Source: Candidatus Oxydemutatoraceae bacterium (GTDB lineage: Bacteria > Pseudomonadota > Gammaproteobacteria > Poriferisulfidales > Oxydemutatoraceae). Taken from it: a stretch of DNA of 64,000 nucleotides. The stretch spans positions 268,769 to 332,768 of the forward strand of contig OZ244779.1 in assembly GCA_965219575.1 (NCBI GenBank), written 5' to 3'. Below are positions 1-10,318 of this stretch, in pieces (position 1 is the stretch's first letter; every line of letters begins with the position of its first letter). The notes beneath the pieces are model-generated. The model was not told the origin of the DNA. It worked only from the letters and a program-made list of their open reading frames with translations, and ran no database searches. Both the position numbers and the translations under genes were made by a program.

Positions 1-21
1 TGCAGAAATAATGGCAGGTAG

Positions 22-333
22 TCAGATAGCCACCTCTAAACTATCCGATTGTCCTTGGTTATCAAACCAACTCAGTTTGACTACTTTGGATTCTTCCCCT
101 CCCTTGAACTTGAAGGAGATAAACGGATTCTGAGAGACACCGGTTCCCCAGTAGGCGGTGAAGACTTTTTTACCCTCGTATTCGCCGATCACCGTTTGTA
201 TGAAGTTTGCCGGGATCGTCTCGCCGGTCTCTTCGTCAACTCTACGCCCGGTCTCCATAGGATGCTTGATCAGTGCTTTAACGATTACTTCGTCATCGTT
301 TTTGCTAATCCGCATTTTGATCGTTTTTTCCAT
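22..333 (-). CDS. soxZ: Thiosulfate oxidation carrier complex protein SoxZ
   Basis: HPMETGRR and S.NP...F motifs, 103 aa, directly downstream of soxY. Confidence 0.95.
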   Translation of the reverse strand: MEKTIKMRISKNDDEVIVKALIKHPMETGRRVDEETGETIPANFIQTVIGEYEGKKVFTAYWGTGVSQNPFISFKFKGGEESKVVKLSWFDNQGQSDSLEVAI

Positions 334-348
334 TATTCACTCCCGAGG

Positions 349-792
349 CTAACCACAACCGCCGGCGGTGACCTTGACTTCTTGGCTTGCACTATAATAT
401 CGGTCGTCGGCTTTGACGAGTGCAACTACATTAGAAGTCTCACGCACTTTTATGTTCGCGGCAACAAAAGGCTCACTCTCTCCCATCATTAGAAATTGAG
501 AAGTCAACGGCACGGGATTTTTATCGACTAAAATACTAATCCATTCTACATTGTCCATCTTAGCCTCCACTTCAACTCTGACTTGAGCTCCGTTTTCGGC
601 AATTTTGGGTGCTACCAAAGTGATGTCTCCGTCCTGTGGATCGCCTTGTGAAATAGCGGCGATTGCCTGCGCAAAGTCGGTCTTCCCAAATGCATCTTGC
701 GGCCACTCGGCGAATGCCAACGACGGTGCCACCAAAGAGGCAATGCCGGCGGCGATGCTTTTTTCAATAAATTCTCTACGACGATTGTCCAT
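349..792 (-). CDS. soxY: Thiosulfate oxidation carrier protein SoxY
   Basis: Tat signal RRREFI, AP.IAENG motif, C-terminal VKVTAGGCG swinging arm. Confidence 0.95.
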   Translation of the reverse strand: MDNRRREFIEKSIAAGIASLVAPSLAFAEWPQDAFGKTDFAQAIAAISQGDPQDGDITLVAPKIAENGAQVRVEVEAKMDNVEWISILVDKNPVPLTSQFLMMGESEPFVAANIKVRETSNVVALVKADDRYYSASQEVKVTAGGCG

Positions 793-852
793 ATATTGCT
801 ACCTCTCATCTGATAAACTAGGCAATTATAACATACTTAGATAGGGCTTGAT

Positions 853-966
853 TTGCGAACCACCACTGCTTTTTGCTTATTGATGATATTACTGCTCGGT
901 GCTTGCGGGCAATCGGGACCGCTGTACCTGCCGCCCGAAGAAATGCAACAAAAAGAAACGCAATGA
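853..966 (+). CDS. lptM: Small lipoprotein LptM/YifL (not in ORF track)
   Basis: Manual translation from TTG 853: MRTTTAFCLLMILLLGACGQSGPLYLPPEEMQQKETQ. Lipobox LGAC followed by GQ.GPLYLP; stop overlaps the lysA ATG, the usual position for this gene. Confidence 0.85.
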   Translation: MRTTTAFCLLMILLLGACGQSGPLYLPPEEMQQKETQ

Positions 967-2234
967 AAGATTATACGCATACGGCACCGTCCTTACATTC
1001 GGTGCACCGACAACTATATTGCGAGGATGTTCCTCTTGAAAAAATAGCCTATGAATGTGGCACACCCGTTTATGTTTATTCCAAAGCTGCGATTGAAAAA
1101 AACTTGCATACTTTGGCCGACGCATTCAAAGGGCAACAATACCAAATCCATTATGCGGTCAAGGCGTGTTCCAATATCGCAATACTCAATTTATTAGCAC
1201 GGCTCGGTAGCGGTTTTGATATCGTCTCGGGCGGCGAACTCGAACGGGTGCGCCGAGGCGGCGGCGATACCGGAAAAACCGTATTCTCGGGCGTGGGCAA
1301 ACAACAATGGGAAATAGAAGCTGCCCTACGCGCCGGTGTTTTTTGTATCAATGTAGAATCGGAATCGGAACTGCTACTGATAGAAAAAGTTGCCGGTATG
1401 CTTGACATGAAAGCTCCGGTCGCAATACGCATCAACCCCGATGTAGATGCCGAAACACATCCTTATATTGCGACCGGCTTACACCATAATAAATTCGGCG
1501 TCGACCCGCAACAAGCGATAGCACTTTATCAAAAAATACACCGCAGTCCTTTGTTGCAGGAATGTGGCATCGCATGCCATATCGGTTCACAAATTATGTC
1601 CCCCGAACCTTATGCCGTCGCGCTACAGCAGCTTGTTGAAACGGCAGACCGACTTTGCGAGAACGGTCTACAAGTTACCCACATTGATATAGGGGGCGGC
1701 TTCGGTATTCGTTATAAGGACGAAACACCACCAGACGCTTCGGACTATGCAAACATAATTAAAAATATCATCGCCGATCGTCCCTATCGTTTATTGATAG
1801 AACCGGGGCGCTTCGTCGTCGGCAACGCCGGCGTGTTGCTTACCCGAGTGGTACATATCAAACAAACACACCAAAAGCACTTTGCGGTAGTCGACGCAGC
1901 AATGAACGATCTGTTGCGCCCTTCGTTATATCAGGCGTGGCACGACATCGTGCCGGTTACAGCGCACAAGGCCGACCTTAAAGACTACGACATCGTAGGA
2001 CCGGTATGCGAAAGTGCGGATGCTTTGGGCTATCAACGTCGGCTAATTCTGCGCCCAAACGATTTACTCGCCGTACTATCGACCGGTGCCTACGGCTTTA
2101 GTATGTCCAGCAATTACAATACCAGACCCAAGCCGATGGAGGTATTGGTGAATGGTGATACCTTTGATATTATCCGATGTCGCGAGAGCCTTCAGGATTT
2201 AATAGAAACCGAATGTCTACCGCCTCCAGAGTAA
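963..2234 (+). CDS. lysA: Diaminopimelate decarboxylase
   Basis: YAVKA (PLP lysine), HIGSQI, EPGR, GPVCES and MSSNYN motifs; start moved to ATG 963. Confidence 0.96.
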   Translation: MKDYTHTAPSLHSVHRQLYCEDVPLEKIAYECGTPVYVYSKAAIEKNLHTLADAFKGQQYQIHYAVKACSNIAILNLLARLGSGFDIVSGGELERVRRGGGDTGKTVFSGVGKQQWEIEAALRAGVFCINVESESELLLIEKVAGMLDMKAPVAIRINPDVDAETHPYIATGLHHNKFGVDPQQAIALYQKIHRSPLLQECGIACHIGSQIMSPEPYAVALQQLVETADRLCENGLQVTHIDIGGGFGIRYKDETPPDASDYANIIKNIIADRPYRLLIEPGRFVVGNAGVLLTRVVHIKQTHQKHFAVVDAAMNDLLRPSLYQAWHDIVPVTAHKADLKDYDIVGPVCESADALGYQRRLILRPNDLLAVLSTGAYGFSMSSNYNTRPKPMEVLVNGDTFDIIRCRESLQDLIETECLPPPE

Positions 2235-2256
2235 CCTAAAGTAAAATAGTTGACAG

Positions 2257-3204
2257 ATGCGACTCTTTAACAATATTAATCTTATGAGACATCGGCAGCG
2301 TTTATGGTTCAAGCGCAAGATTCGTGCTTTTAGAGATATAGAAATTTCTAGACTGCTTGTGAAAGCCACATGTCGTTCCATTGCTTATGGTAAAAGAATA
2401 GAACTAGGAAATTCTTCTAAAGATCTACGAATAATGTTGCAAATAGTAGGTTTTCCTAGGTCCGGCTCTTCATTACTTGGTTATTTGCTAACAGCACATC
2501 CTAATATGATTGTTGCCGACGAAGCACTGCACCCTAAACCAAATGTGCAGATGTACTCTAATTTAGACAAAATATTTAATCAAATCTTAAGGCATGATTA
2601 TGATATACAACTTAGAGCGCGCGTATGGTCAAAATTAAAAAAAATTTTTCACGATGCTATTAGTACAAAACATAGAGAAGAAAACTATATTCTTATCCAC
2701 AATCAATATCAAGGTCGTTTCAAGCAATTGAAAGTTATAGGAAATAAAGATTACTATTTAAATGTACCGATTCTTCTGAGTAATGATACATTAAAACTCC
2801 TCAAAAAGAGCACTAAGGAAAATAACATTGCATTGAAGTGGATTTTTCCAGTTCGAAATCCTTATGATATGTACTCAACCATGCTTAGATATCCTCATCC
2901 TAGAAATGAATTAATTGAAATTTGTTTGAAAAATAAAGAGTTTCTTGAACAAATTGACTCCCAAGATATATTTATAGCAAGGCATGAAGATATGGTTGCA
3001 AATCCTCGTTCACAATTAGCTAAAATTTGTGATTTTTTACAAGTACCTGCCCCCTCCGATTATCTAGATGACTGCGCCTCGGTTGTTAATAAAGAACCTC
3101 ATAAGAGTCGCTTTCAGCATAATTGGACAAAAAAAGAAAAACAGACCATAGCATCGCTCATTGAAAAATATGGTTTTTTCTCGGGATACGATTGGCACAC
3201 TTGA
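2257..3204 (+). CDS. Sulfotransferase family protein
   Basis: PAPS-binding GFPRSGSSLL, VRNPYD and HEDMV.NP motifs; visibly AT-rich relative to neighbours. Confidence 0.8.
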   Translation: MRLFNNINLMRHRQRLWFKRKIRAFRDIEISRLLVKATCRSIAYGKRIELGNSSKDLRIMLQIVGFPRSGSSLLGYLLTAHPNMIVADEALHPKPNVQMYSNLDKIFNQILRHDYDIQLRARVWSKLKKIFHDAISTKHREENYILIHNQYQGRFKQLKVIGNKDYYLNVPILLSNDTLKLLKKSTKENNIALKWIFPVRNPYDMYSTMLRYPHPRNELIEICLKNKEFLEQIDSQDIFIARHEDMVANPRSQLAKICDFLQVPAPSDYLDDCASVVNKEPHKSRFQHNWTKKEKQTIASLIEKYGFFSGYDWHT

Positions 3205-3224
3205 GAAATCCGGCATAGACCTCT

Positions 3225-3881
3225 ATGAAAAGAATACCCGAAGCCGAATTGATGGACGGCGAGGAGCAAGCACGAGCTTATGCAAACGCGGATTTCAATC
3301 AGCCGCATAGTTTAGTGATGGAACATTTTACGCGTTGCATGCCCGATTTGCCCGAAACCGGTGCATGGATTGATTTGGGGTGTGGCGACGGTGAAATTAC
3401 CGTACGCTTGGCAAAGCTTTGTCCTAAAGCCTGCATAGACGCAGTAGACGGTTCCGCTGCCATGTTGCGCTATGCGAAAAAACGTTTTGAACGCGAGCGT
3501 GTTGATCGACAAATACGTTTAATCAAAGCAACCCTTCCCGAAATTCGCTTAGACAAGAATAGTTATGACGGGATTTTATCAACCAGCTTTCTGCATCATC
3601 TACATAACCCACAAGTGCTGTGGGATTGCGTGAAAATGCTTGCCAAAGATAACGCCCGTATTTTCATTGCCGACTTATGTCGACCTCAAAGCGAACAACA
3701 TGTAGACCAACTTGTAGAACGATATGCCGCAACGGAACCGCCGATATTGCAAAGAGATTTTCGCAATTCGCTCTGCGCAGCGTTTACTCCCGACGAAATC
3801 AAAGACCAGCTAAAGGATGCCGAAATTACACACCTGCATATAGAAACCATCAGCGATCGTCATCTCATCGTTCACGGCTAG
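3225..3881 (+). CDS. Class I SAM-dependent methyltransferase
   Basis: DLGCGDG motif I, VDGSAAM, LHH. Confidence 0.85.
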   Translation: MKRIPEAELMDGEEQARAYANADFNQPHSLVMEHFTRCMPDLPETGAWIDLGCGDGEITVRLAKLCPKACIDAVDGSAAMLRYAKKRFERERVDRQIRLIKATLPEIRLDKNSYDGILSTSFLHHLHNPQVLWDCVKMLAKDNARIFIADLCRPQSEQHVDQLVERYAATEPPILQRDFRNSLCAAFTPDEIKDQLKDAEITHLHIETISDRHLIVHG

Positions 3882-4533
3882 ACTGCCCCAAAGACAACAC
3901 AGACCAGTTGTTTTGCTTTGCGTGCTTCATTAGCATCGCATCACCGTTGACCACGACAGGACGATCAACCCACGACAAAAGCGGTATATCGTTAAAAGAG
4001 TCGCTATAGAACCAACTTTTTTGATAGTCCGGTTTGTTTTTGTTTAACCATTTTTCCAAACAGGTGATTTTTCCTTTCCCAAAGCAAGGCACGCCCGATA
4101 TGTCTCCGGTGAAACATCCTTCGCTTAACTCGGGCTCCGTAGCAATCATTGTTTGTATGCCGAACATCTTGCCTATGGGTTCGGTGATAAACGAATTGGT
4201 AGAGGTGATAATCGCCGTAAAATCGCCTTTGTCTCGATGTAGTCGGACAAGATCTATCGCTTCGGTTGTAACCATCGGTTCTATTTTTTCCGCTAAAAAT
4301 TGTTCGCGCCATTCCAACAGTTGCGGCATCGTATTTTGCGCAAGCGGTTGCAACACAAATTTAATATACTCGGTTATATCGAGTTTCCCGCGTTGATATG
4401 CTTCAAAAAATTCGTGATTACACTTTTTATAATCCGCATCTACCGCGCCGATTTCGCATAGAAATTGCCCCCAACTGAAATCGCTGTCGCCGTCTAAAAG
4501 CGTATGGTCTAAATCGAATAATACCAAGTCCAT
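3865..4533 (-). CDS. HAD-IB family hydrolase (possible histidinol-phosphatase)
   Basis: FDLDHTLL and YSDSFNDIPLL motifs; divergent from rppH. Confidence 0.85.
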   Translation of the reverse strand: MDLVLFDLDHTLLDGDSDFSWGQFLCEIGAVDADYKKCNHEFFEAYQRGKLDITEYIKFVLQPLAQNTMPQLLEWREQFLAEKIEPMVTTEAIDLVRLHRDKGDFTAIITSTNSFITEPIGKMFGIQTMIATEPELSEGCFTGDISGVPCFGKGKITCLEKWLNKNKPDYQKSWFYSDSFNDIPLLSWVDRPVVVNGDAMLMKHAKQNNWSVLSLGQSSRER

Positions 4534-4603
4534 AATGATGATAAAGTATCTATATAATGCCCAATCGTATTATTATATGTAATCCGCAGATTGAGATAGA
4601 TCG

Positions 4604-5050
4604 ATGTTAGACGAAAATGGATATAGGCCGGGCGTAGGGATGATTATCCGCCACCGCAACGGCAAAATACTGTGGTGTAAACGCAAGGAGATCGATGCAT
4701 GGCAATTTCCTCAGGGCGGGATAGAAGCGGACGAAACACCCGAGATGGCGATGTGGCGAGAACTGCACGAGGAGACGGGTCTGCTTGCCCGGCATGTGCG
4801 CTTGGTTCGGACGACCAATCAATGGTTTCATTATGAATTTCCCGAAACATTAAAGATGAATTATAAAGGACAGAAACAGATTTGGTTCTTGTTGGAATTA
4901 TCGACCGACGATAGCCGTATCAACTTAACGGGAGTAAATGAATTCGAGCAGTGGTGCTGGGTGGATTGGTGGCATCCACTTCAAGAGATCGTGGCTTTTA
5001 AGCGAGAAACCTATAAAAAAGTGTTGGCGTATTTCGCTGCTCACGAATGA
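4604..5050 (+). CDS. rppH: RNA pyrophosphohydrolase
   Basis: GYRPGVG, WQFPQGG..Nudix box RELHEETGL, GQKQIWFLL. Confidence 0.93.
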   Translation: MLDENGYRPGVGMIIRHRNGKILWCKRKEIDAWQFPQGGIEADETPEMAMWRELHEETGLLARHVRLVRTTNQWFHYEFPETLKMNYKGQKQIWFLLELSTDDSRINLTGVNEFEQWCWVDWWHPLQEIVAFKRETYKKVLAYFAAHE

Positions 5051-5068
5051 GATATCTATGCCTATGGT

Positions 5069-5494
5069 TTAAGCCGGTTTGAATACCGCAAGCCATATGA
5101 TGGCAACCAATGCAACAAAGGTGACCTCGTTAAACCACCGATACCATACATGACTGTGCTTATTTCTACCTTGCTTGAACGATTGTAGCAACATCCCGCA
5201 CCAAACATGGTACGCCAATAAAAGCAAAACAAAAGCGAGCTTCAAATGTAACCACCATTGCGTTTGATACGCAGCCCATCCCTCTATCAGCATAGCAAAT
5301 CCGAAAATCACCGTGAGTATCGCACTGGGGGTCATAATGCCCCAGAATAACTTGCGCTCCATAACCGTCAAACATTTAATCGTAGCATCCTCGGTAGCCA
5401 TCGCATGATAGACGAAAAGGCGCGGCAAATAAAACAAGCCGGCAAACCATGCGACCATAAATATCAAATGGAGTGCTTTGTACCAAATAAACAT
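5069..5494 (-). CDS. hemJ: Protoporphyrinogen oxidase HemJ
   Basis: WFAGLFYLPRLFVYH, MERKL and RWFNE motifs. Confidence 0.93.
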   Translation of the reverse strand: MFIWYKALHLIFMVAWFAGLFYLPRLFVYHAMATEDATIKCLTVMERKLFWGIMTPSAILTVIFGFAMLIEGWAAYQTQWWLHLKLAFVLLLLAYHVWCGMLLQSFKQGRNKHSHVWYRWFNEVTFVALVAIIWLAVFKPA

Positions 5495-5801
5495 GTAAAT
5501 ATATTATCATCTCGGTCGGCTAAGACGAATAACGGTGTACGATGCCATGATATATTGGACAAATAGCGGCACAAGGAAGCACGTTGTTGTGCCGATTTTT
5601 ATAAGCCAAACCGGGGGCGATCTTTTGAAGTGATAACGCACCACTACGCTCAATATACCTACACACCCGTCGGTGAATAAAAGCCGTTTTCGGTTAAAAT
5701 ATGCTAAATCAGCCGAGCTTTGCAGGCACTTTTGCCGACTAAAGCTATTCATAACGGTAAGCTATATCAAAGATAACGGATAAAGATAGGACAAATTCAT
5801 C

Positions 5802-6914
5802 GTGGCAGACCTTCGACCAAAGAGAAAAAAATATCTATTATTTTCTATGTCCTCGAGAAACACCGGGATGGACAATGTGTTCACAATGTTGGAGCGTGTT
5901 TTTAGAGAGGCTCGGCATTTAGGTAGGATTCCCGCGGTCGGGAAATTCACTATAGGTCCGACTCATAACCTGGGTAAGGTTAAGTCCGATTTCTGCTTTG
6001 AAGATTACCTCGATCTATCGAACAGTATCACTTACAAGTTTGAAGAGGGATATCATAAAGCCGTTTCATCTCATTTGGATTGGGTCAAAGAGGAAGATTT
6101 AGATTTGAAGTCTTGTTTTTTTGATACGATGTATTTTCTTTCCGACGATGAAATCGTCGGCGAAGAAATGAATAACCATTATGATGTACTGATCAGAAGA
6201 GACCCGTCGTTTAAGTACGCTCGAACACATACACGGTATGAAGTCGACGATATCTCTATCGGTTTTCGGTATTCGGAGCGGGTCGACACATTGACCGATA
6301 AAGTACTGGATGTTTTGGGAACATCTCGGACGCATGCAACGGCGGCACAGCACTATTTTTCAAGTCGTTTCAATAGTGCCGATTGGTGTGATAGCACAAT
6401 GGCAGATGTGCTCGAACCGAACACAAATTATTATGCGTGTATGCATGTGCGTATGTCCGACCGAGAGTCTCAATGGCCTGTATTCGAGTTTAGTTCATCA
6501 AAAGAACACATTAAATCGGTGCTTGAACATTCAATTAGCAAAGGCTCGCAACTTTACATCATGTCCGACATACATCAACCCGACTTTTTTGATTTTTTGA
6601 AATCCGACTATCGTGTCTACCGCTACCACGACTTTCCCGATTTGAAACGGCTGGTCTCGGAGGAATCCGGTGGCAAAATAGACAATGTGATGCTTTATCT
6701 AGCCGAGAAAAACATTATGAAACATGCCACGGTTAAGATTTTACCACCGCATAAAGGACCGATGGTTTATCATCTAAATACGGTTTACGATCTCACTCTC
6801 TTAAAGAACCCGCCTCGCAAGAGGCTTCGTCCTACGGAGTTCCAAAAATTTTGGCGCGACGGTATGGAAAAATTAAGCCCTAAGCGGCTGTTTAACCGCA
6901 CCTTTATCGGATAA
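5802..6914 (+). CDS. Fucosyltransferase-like (GT-B) protein, paralog 1
   Basis: YYACMHVRMSD resembles the HxRxxD motif, LYIMSD resembles the xxTD/SD motif of GDP-fucose transferases; homologous to the next two ORFs. Confidence 0.55.
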   Translation: MADLRPKRKKYLLFSMSSRNTGMDNVFTMLERVFREARHLGRIPAVGKFTIGPTHNLGKVKSDFCFEDYLDLSNSITYKFEEGYHKAVSSHLDWVKEEDLDLKSCFFDTMYFLSDDEIVGEEMNNHYDVLIRRDPSFKYARTHTRYEVDDISIGFRYSERVDTLTDKVLDVLGTSRTHATAAQHYFSSRFNSADWCDSTMADVLEPNTNYYACMHVRMSDRESQWPVFEFSSSKEHIKSVLEHSISKGSQLYIMSDIHQPDFFDFLKSDYRVYRYHDFPDLKRLVSEESGGKIDNVMLYLAEKNIMKHATVKILPPHKGPMVYHLNTVYDLTLLKNPPRKRLRPTEFQKFWRDGMEKLSPKRLFNRTFIG

Positions 6915-6930
6915 AGATTTACCACCGAAT

Positions 6931-8091
6931 ATGGCAAAAAAATATCTTTTGTTTTCCATGTCTCAACGGACAACAGGCATGGATAACGTATTTAGAATGT
7001 TGAATCTTGTTTTCAAGGAAGCCCAACATCTGAACAGAATTCCTGTTGTCGGAAAATTTACTCTGAACCCGAGTCATAACCTAAATAAGCATCGCTGCGA
7101 CTTATGCTTTGAAGATTACCTCGACTTGTCGAACAGCGAGACTTGCCGACTTGAAAGAGGATATCATAGACCCGTTGCATCTTACCTCAATTGGGTTAAA
7201 GAAGAAGATTTAGATTTGAAGTCTTGTTTTTTTGATAAGGTATATTTTCTTTCCGACGATGAAATCGTTAGCGAAGAAATGAATCTGCGCTACGATGTGT
7301 TAATTCGCAGAGACCCGACATTTAAGTACGTCGGCACTTGCAAAGCGTATAGATACGGCAAGCACTTGATAGACTTTAGGTACTCCGAGAAGCTGGACAA
7401 ACTGACCGATGAAGTATTAGATGTTCTGGGAACATCTCGGGCACATGCAATGGCGGCGCAGCACTATTTTTTAAGTCGTTTCAATAGTGCCGATTGGTGT
7501 GATAGCACAATGGCAGATGTGCTCGAACCGAACACAAATTATTATGCGTGTATGCATGTGCGTATGTCCGACCGAGAGTCTCAATGGCCTGTATTCGAGT
7601 TTAGTTCATCAAAAGAACACATTAAATCGGTGCTTGAACATTCAATTAGCAAAGGCTCGCAACTTTACATCATGTCCGACATACATCAACCCGACTTTTT
7701 TGATTTTTTGAAATCCGACTATCGTGTCTACCGCTACCATGATTTTCCCGATTTGAAGCGGCTGGTCTCGGAGGAATCCGGTTGCAAAATAGACAATGTG
7801 ATGCTCTATTTAGTCGAAAAAAACATTATGAAACATGCCACGATTAAGATTTTACCACCGCATAAAGGACCGATGATCTATCATCTCAATACGGTTTACG
7901 ATCTCACTATCTTAAAAAAACTTCCAATAAGATTAGGGATGCGGACCTTGAAGCGCATGGTTCGCGATCTTATTTTCTCAAAAGAACCGCTAAGCAAGAA
8001 ACTAAGGCTTAGAACACTTCAGAAATTCCGTACAGGCTGTATAAAAAAATTAAAATTCAGGCAGCCGTCGAATAGCATTGTCGGCAAATAA
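6931..8091 (+). CDS. Fucosyltransferase-like (GT-B) protein, paralog 2
   Basis: Same motifs; about 267 nt identical to paralog 1. Confidence 0.55.
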   Translation: MAKKYLLFSMSQRTTGMDNVFRMLNLVFKEAQHLNRIPVVGKFTLNPSHNLNKHRCDLCFEDYLDLSNSETCRLERGYHRPVASYLNWVKEEDLDLKSCFFDKVYFLSDDEIVSEEMNLRYDVLIRRDPTFKYVGTCKAYRYGKHLIDFRYSEKLDKLTDEVLDVLGTSRAHAMAAQHYFLSRFNSADWCDSTMADVLEPNTNYYACMHVRMSDRESQWPVFEFSSSKEHIKSVLEHSISKGSQLYIMSDIHQPDFFDFLKSDYRVYRYHDFPDLKRLVSEESGCKIDNVMLYLVEKNIMKHATIKILPPHKGPMIYHLNTVYDLTILKKLPIRLGMRTLKRMVRDLIFSKEPLSKKLRLRTLQKFRTGCIKKLKFRQPSNSIVGK

Positions 8092-8107
8092 AAGTTTACT
8101 TAAAAAC

Positions 8108-10318
8108 ATGACAAAAAAGTACTTTTTGTTTTCGATGACCGAGCGTAAAACCGGTGTGGATAATGTGTTTAGAATGTTGAACCTTATTTTTAAGGAAGCT
8201 CGACATTTGAATAGAATTCCCGTAATCGGAAAATTCGGTATGAGCCAAAGGCATAACTTAGGTAATAGAAGAGCCAACTTTTGTTTCGAAGATTACCTCG
8301 ATTTATCAAACGGTATCACCGTCGAGCGTAAGCAAGGATGTCATAGACCGACTGCATCTCGTCTGGATTGGATTAGGGAAGAAGAGCTGGATTTAGCCGG
8401 TTATTCATCCGGCAAAGTATATAACCTTGCCGACGATGAAATCGTCGGCGAAGAAATGAACCAACGCTACGATGTATTGATTCGTAGGGACCCGACATTT
8501 AAGTATGTCGACACTTGTAAAGAATATAGATACGGCAACTACTTAATAGACTTTCCGTGTTCGGAGAAAGTAAATAAACTCAGCGACGAGGTACTAGGTG
8601 CTTTGGGTATATCTCGCCGAGATGCGATGGCAGCACAACATTATTTTCTAAATAAAGTAAATAGTAGCGAATGGAATGTGCAGCATGACTGCATTCCTCT
8701 GAATAAAGTTTATTACGCGTGTATGCATGTACGCGCATCGACTCAAGATAGAGATCACGCCCAACCCATATTTCCGTCTACGGCGACCAAGGGGCAAATA
8801 GAATCGGTGCTTAAATATGCCGTCAAAAAAAGGGCGCAGCTTTATATCATGTCCGATATACATCGGCCCGACTTCTTTGATTTTCTAAAATCCGACTATC
8901 GTGTCTACCGCTATTACGACTTTCCCGACTTAAGAAAACTTGTTTCGGGTGAGGGGGGTAGAAAAATAGATAATGTGATGCTCTACTTGGTTGAAAAAAA
9001 CATCATGAAGCATGCTACGGTTAAAATTTTGCCACCCCACAAAGGCCCGATGATTTATAACCTCAATACGGTCTACGATTTCACTTTCTCGAAGAAGCCA
9101 CTGTCCAATGAGCCAATCGATAAAAAATTGCCGAAGAAACTGTCACCCGAGAGATCACTCGCTACGGATTCATTAAACGAACCGTCGCTCAAAAGCCTTT
9201 TCACCGGAAAATTGCAGGGGATTCGGCGTACTGCACGGAAAAAAATAAGTTTTATGCAGGCGGCAATATCGTCATTGAATAAAAATTTACAAGCGAATAA
9301 ATATCTCTTATTTTCTATGGCCGAGCGTAAAACGGGTGTCGATAATGTGTTTAGAATGTTGAATCTTGTTTTTAAGGAGGCCCGACACCTCGATAGAATT
9401 CCCGTCATCGGAGAATTTACTATGAGTCCGACCCATAATTTAGGTAATCTCAGGGCCGATTTGCGTTTTGAAGATTACCTTGATTTATCAAACGGCATCA
9501 CCGTTAAATTTGAACAAGGATGTCATAAATCTAGTACACTTCATCAAGGTTGGATTAAAGAAAAGGAACTGAATTTAGCCGACTATTCGCCCGACAAAAT
9601 ATATGACCTTGCCGCCGATGAAATCGTCGGCGAAGAGATGAACCAACGCTACGATGTGTTGGTTCGTAGAGATCCGACATTTGATTATGTTAACGCCTGC
9701 AAAAAGTATAAACATAGCGACTACTTCATAGACTTTCCGTATTCGGAAAAAGTGAAGAGACTCGTAGACGAGACGCTGAATATCCTAGGCATATCTCGTA
9801 AGGATGCAATGACGGCACAACGTTATTTTCTAAATAGAACACACGACGAGGTAAGCGACGAGCAGTACGGCGGCATTTCTTTGAACAGAGTTTATTATGC
9901 GTGTATGCATGTGCGTGCATCGATTAAAGATAGAGATTACGAGCAACCGATATTCCCGTTTACGGCAGCAAAGAAGCAAATTAAATCGGTGCTGGAACAG
10001 TCGCTTAGCAAAGGCTCTCGGCTCTATATTATGTCCGATATACACAGACCCAAGTTTTTTGATTTTCTAAAATCCGATTACCGAGTATACCGCTATTATG
10101 ACTTTGCCAATTTAAGAGGACTTGTTTCAGGTGAGAATCACGAAAAAATAGACAATGTGATGCTCTATTTGGTGGAAAAAAACATCATGAAATATGCGGC
10201 GGTCAAAATTTTACCACCCCACAAAGGGCCGATGATCTATCATCTCAACACGGCTTACGATCTTTCGATCTTAAAAGAACCCCCGACAACGAGAGAAAGA
10301 CAGGATTTCGAATCGTGA
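8108..10318 (+). CDS. Fucosyltransferase-like protein with two tandem copies of the domain, paralog 3
   Basis: KYxLFSM...YYACMHVR...LYIMSD...PPHKGPM unit occurs twice; likely start ATG 8108. Confidence 0.55.
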   Translation: MTKKYFLFSMTERKTGVDNVFRMLNLIFKEARHLNRIPVIGKFGMSQRHNLGNRRANFCFEDYLDLSNGITVERKQGCHRPTASRLDWIREEELDLAGYSSGKVYNLADDEIVGEEMNQRYDVLIRRDPTFKYVDTCKEYRYGNYLIDFPCSEKVNKLSDEVLGALGISRRDAMAAQHYFLNKVNSSEWNVQHDCIPLNKVYYACMHVRASTQDRDHAQPIFPSTATKGQIESVLKYAVKKRAQLYIMSDIHRPDFFDFLKSDYRVYRYYDFPDLRKLVSGEGGRKIDNVMLYLVEKNIMKHATVKILPPHKGPMIYNLNTVYDFTFSKKPLSNEPIDKKLPKKLSPERSLATDSLNEPSLKSLFTGKLQGIRRTARKKISFMQAAISSLNKNLQANKYLLFSMAERKTGVDNVFRMLNLVFKEARHLDRIPVIGEFTMSPTHNLGNLRADLRFEDYLDLSNGITVKFEQGCHKSSTLHQGWIKEKELNLADYSPDKIYDLAADEIVGEEMNQRYDVLVRRDPTFDYVNACKKYKHSDYFIDFPYSEKVKRLVDETLNILGISRKDAMTAQRYFLNRTHDEVSDEQYGGISLNRVYYACMHVRASIKDRDYEQPIFPFTAAKKQIKSVLEQSLSKGSRLYIMSDIHRPKFFDFLKSDYRVYRYYDFANLRGLVSGENHEKIDNVMLYLVEKNIMKYAAVKILPPHKGPMIYHLNTAYDLSILKEPPTTRERQDFES

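Noticed and set aside
5507-5752. 81-aa ORF upstream of hemJ
   Set aside because: No recognisable motif; may be spurious or a gene remnant
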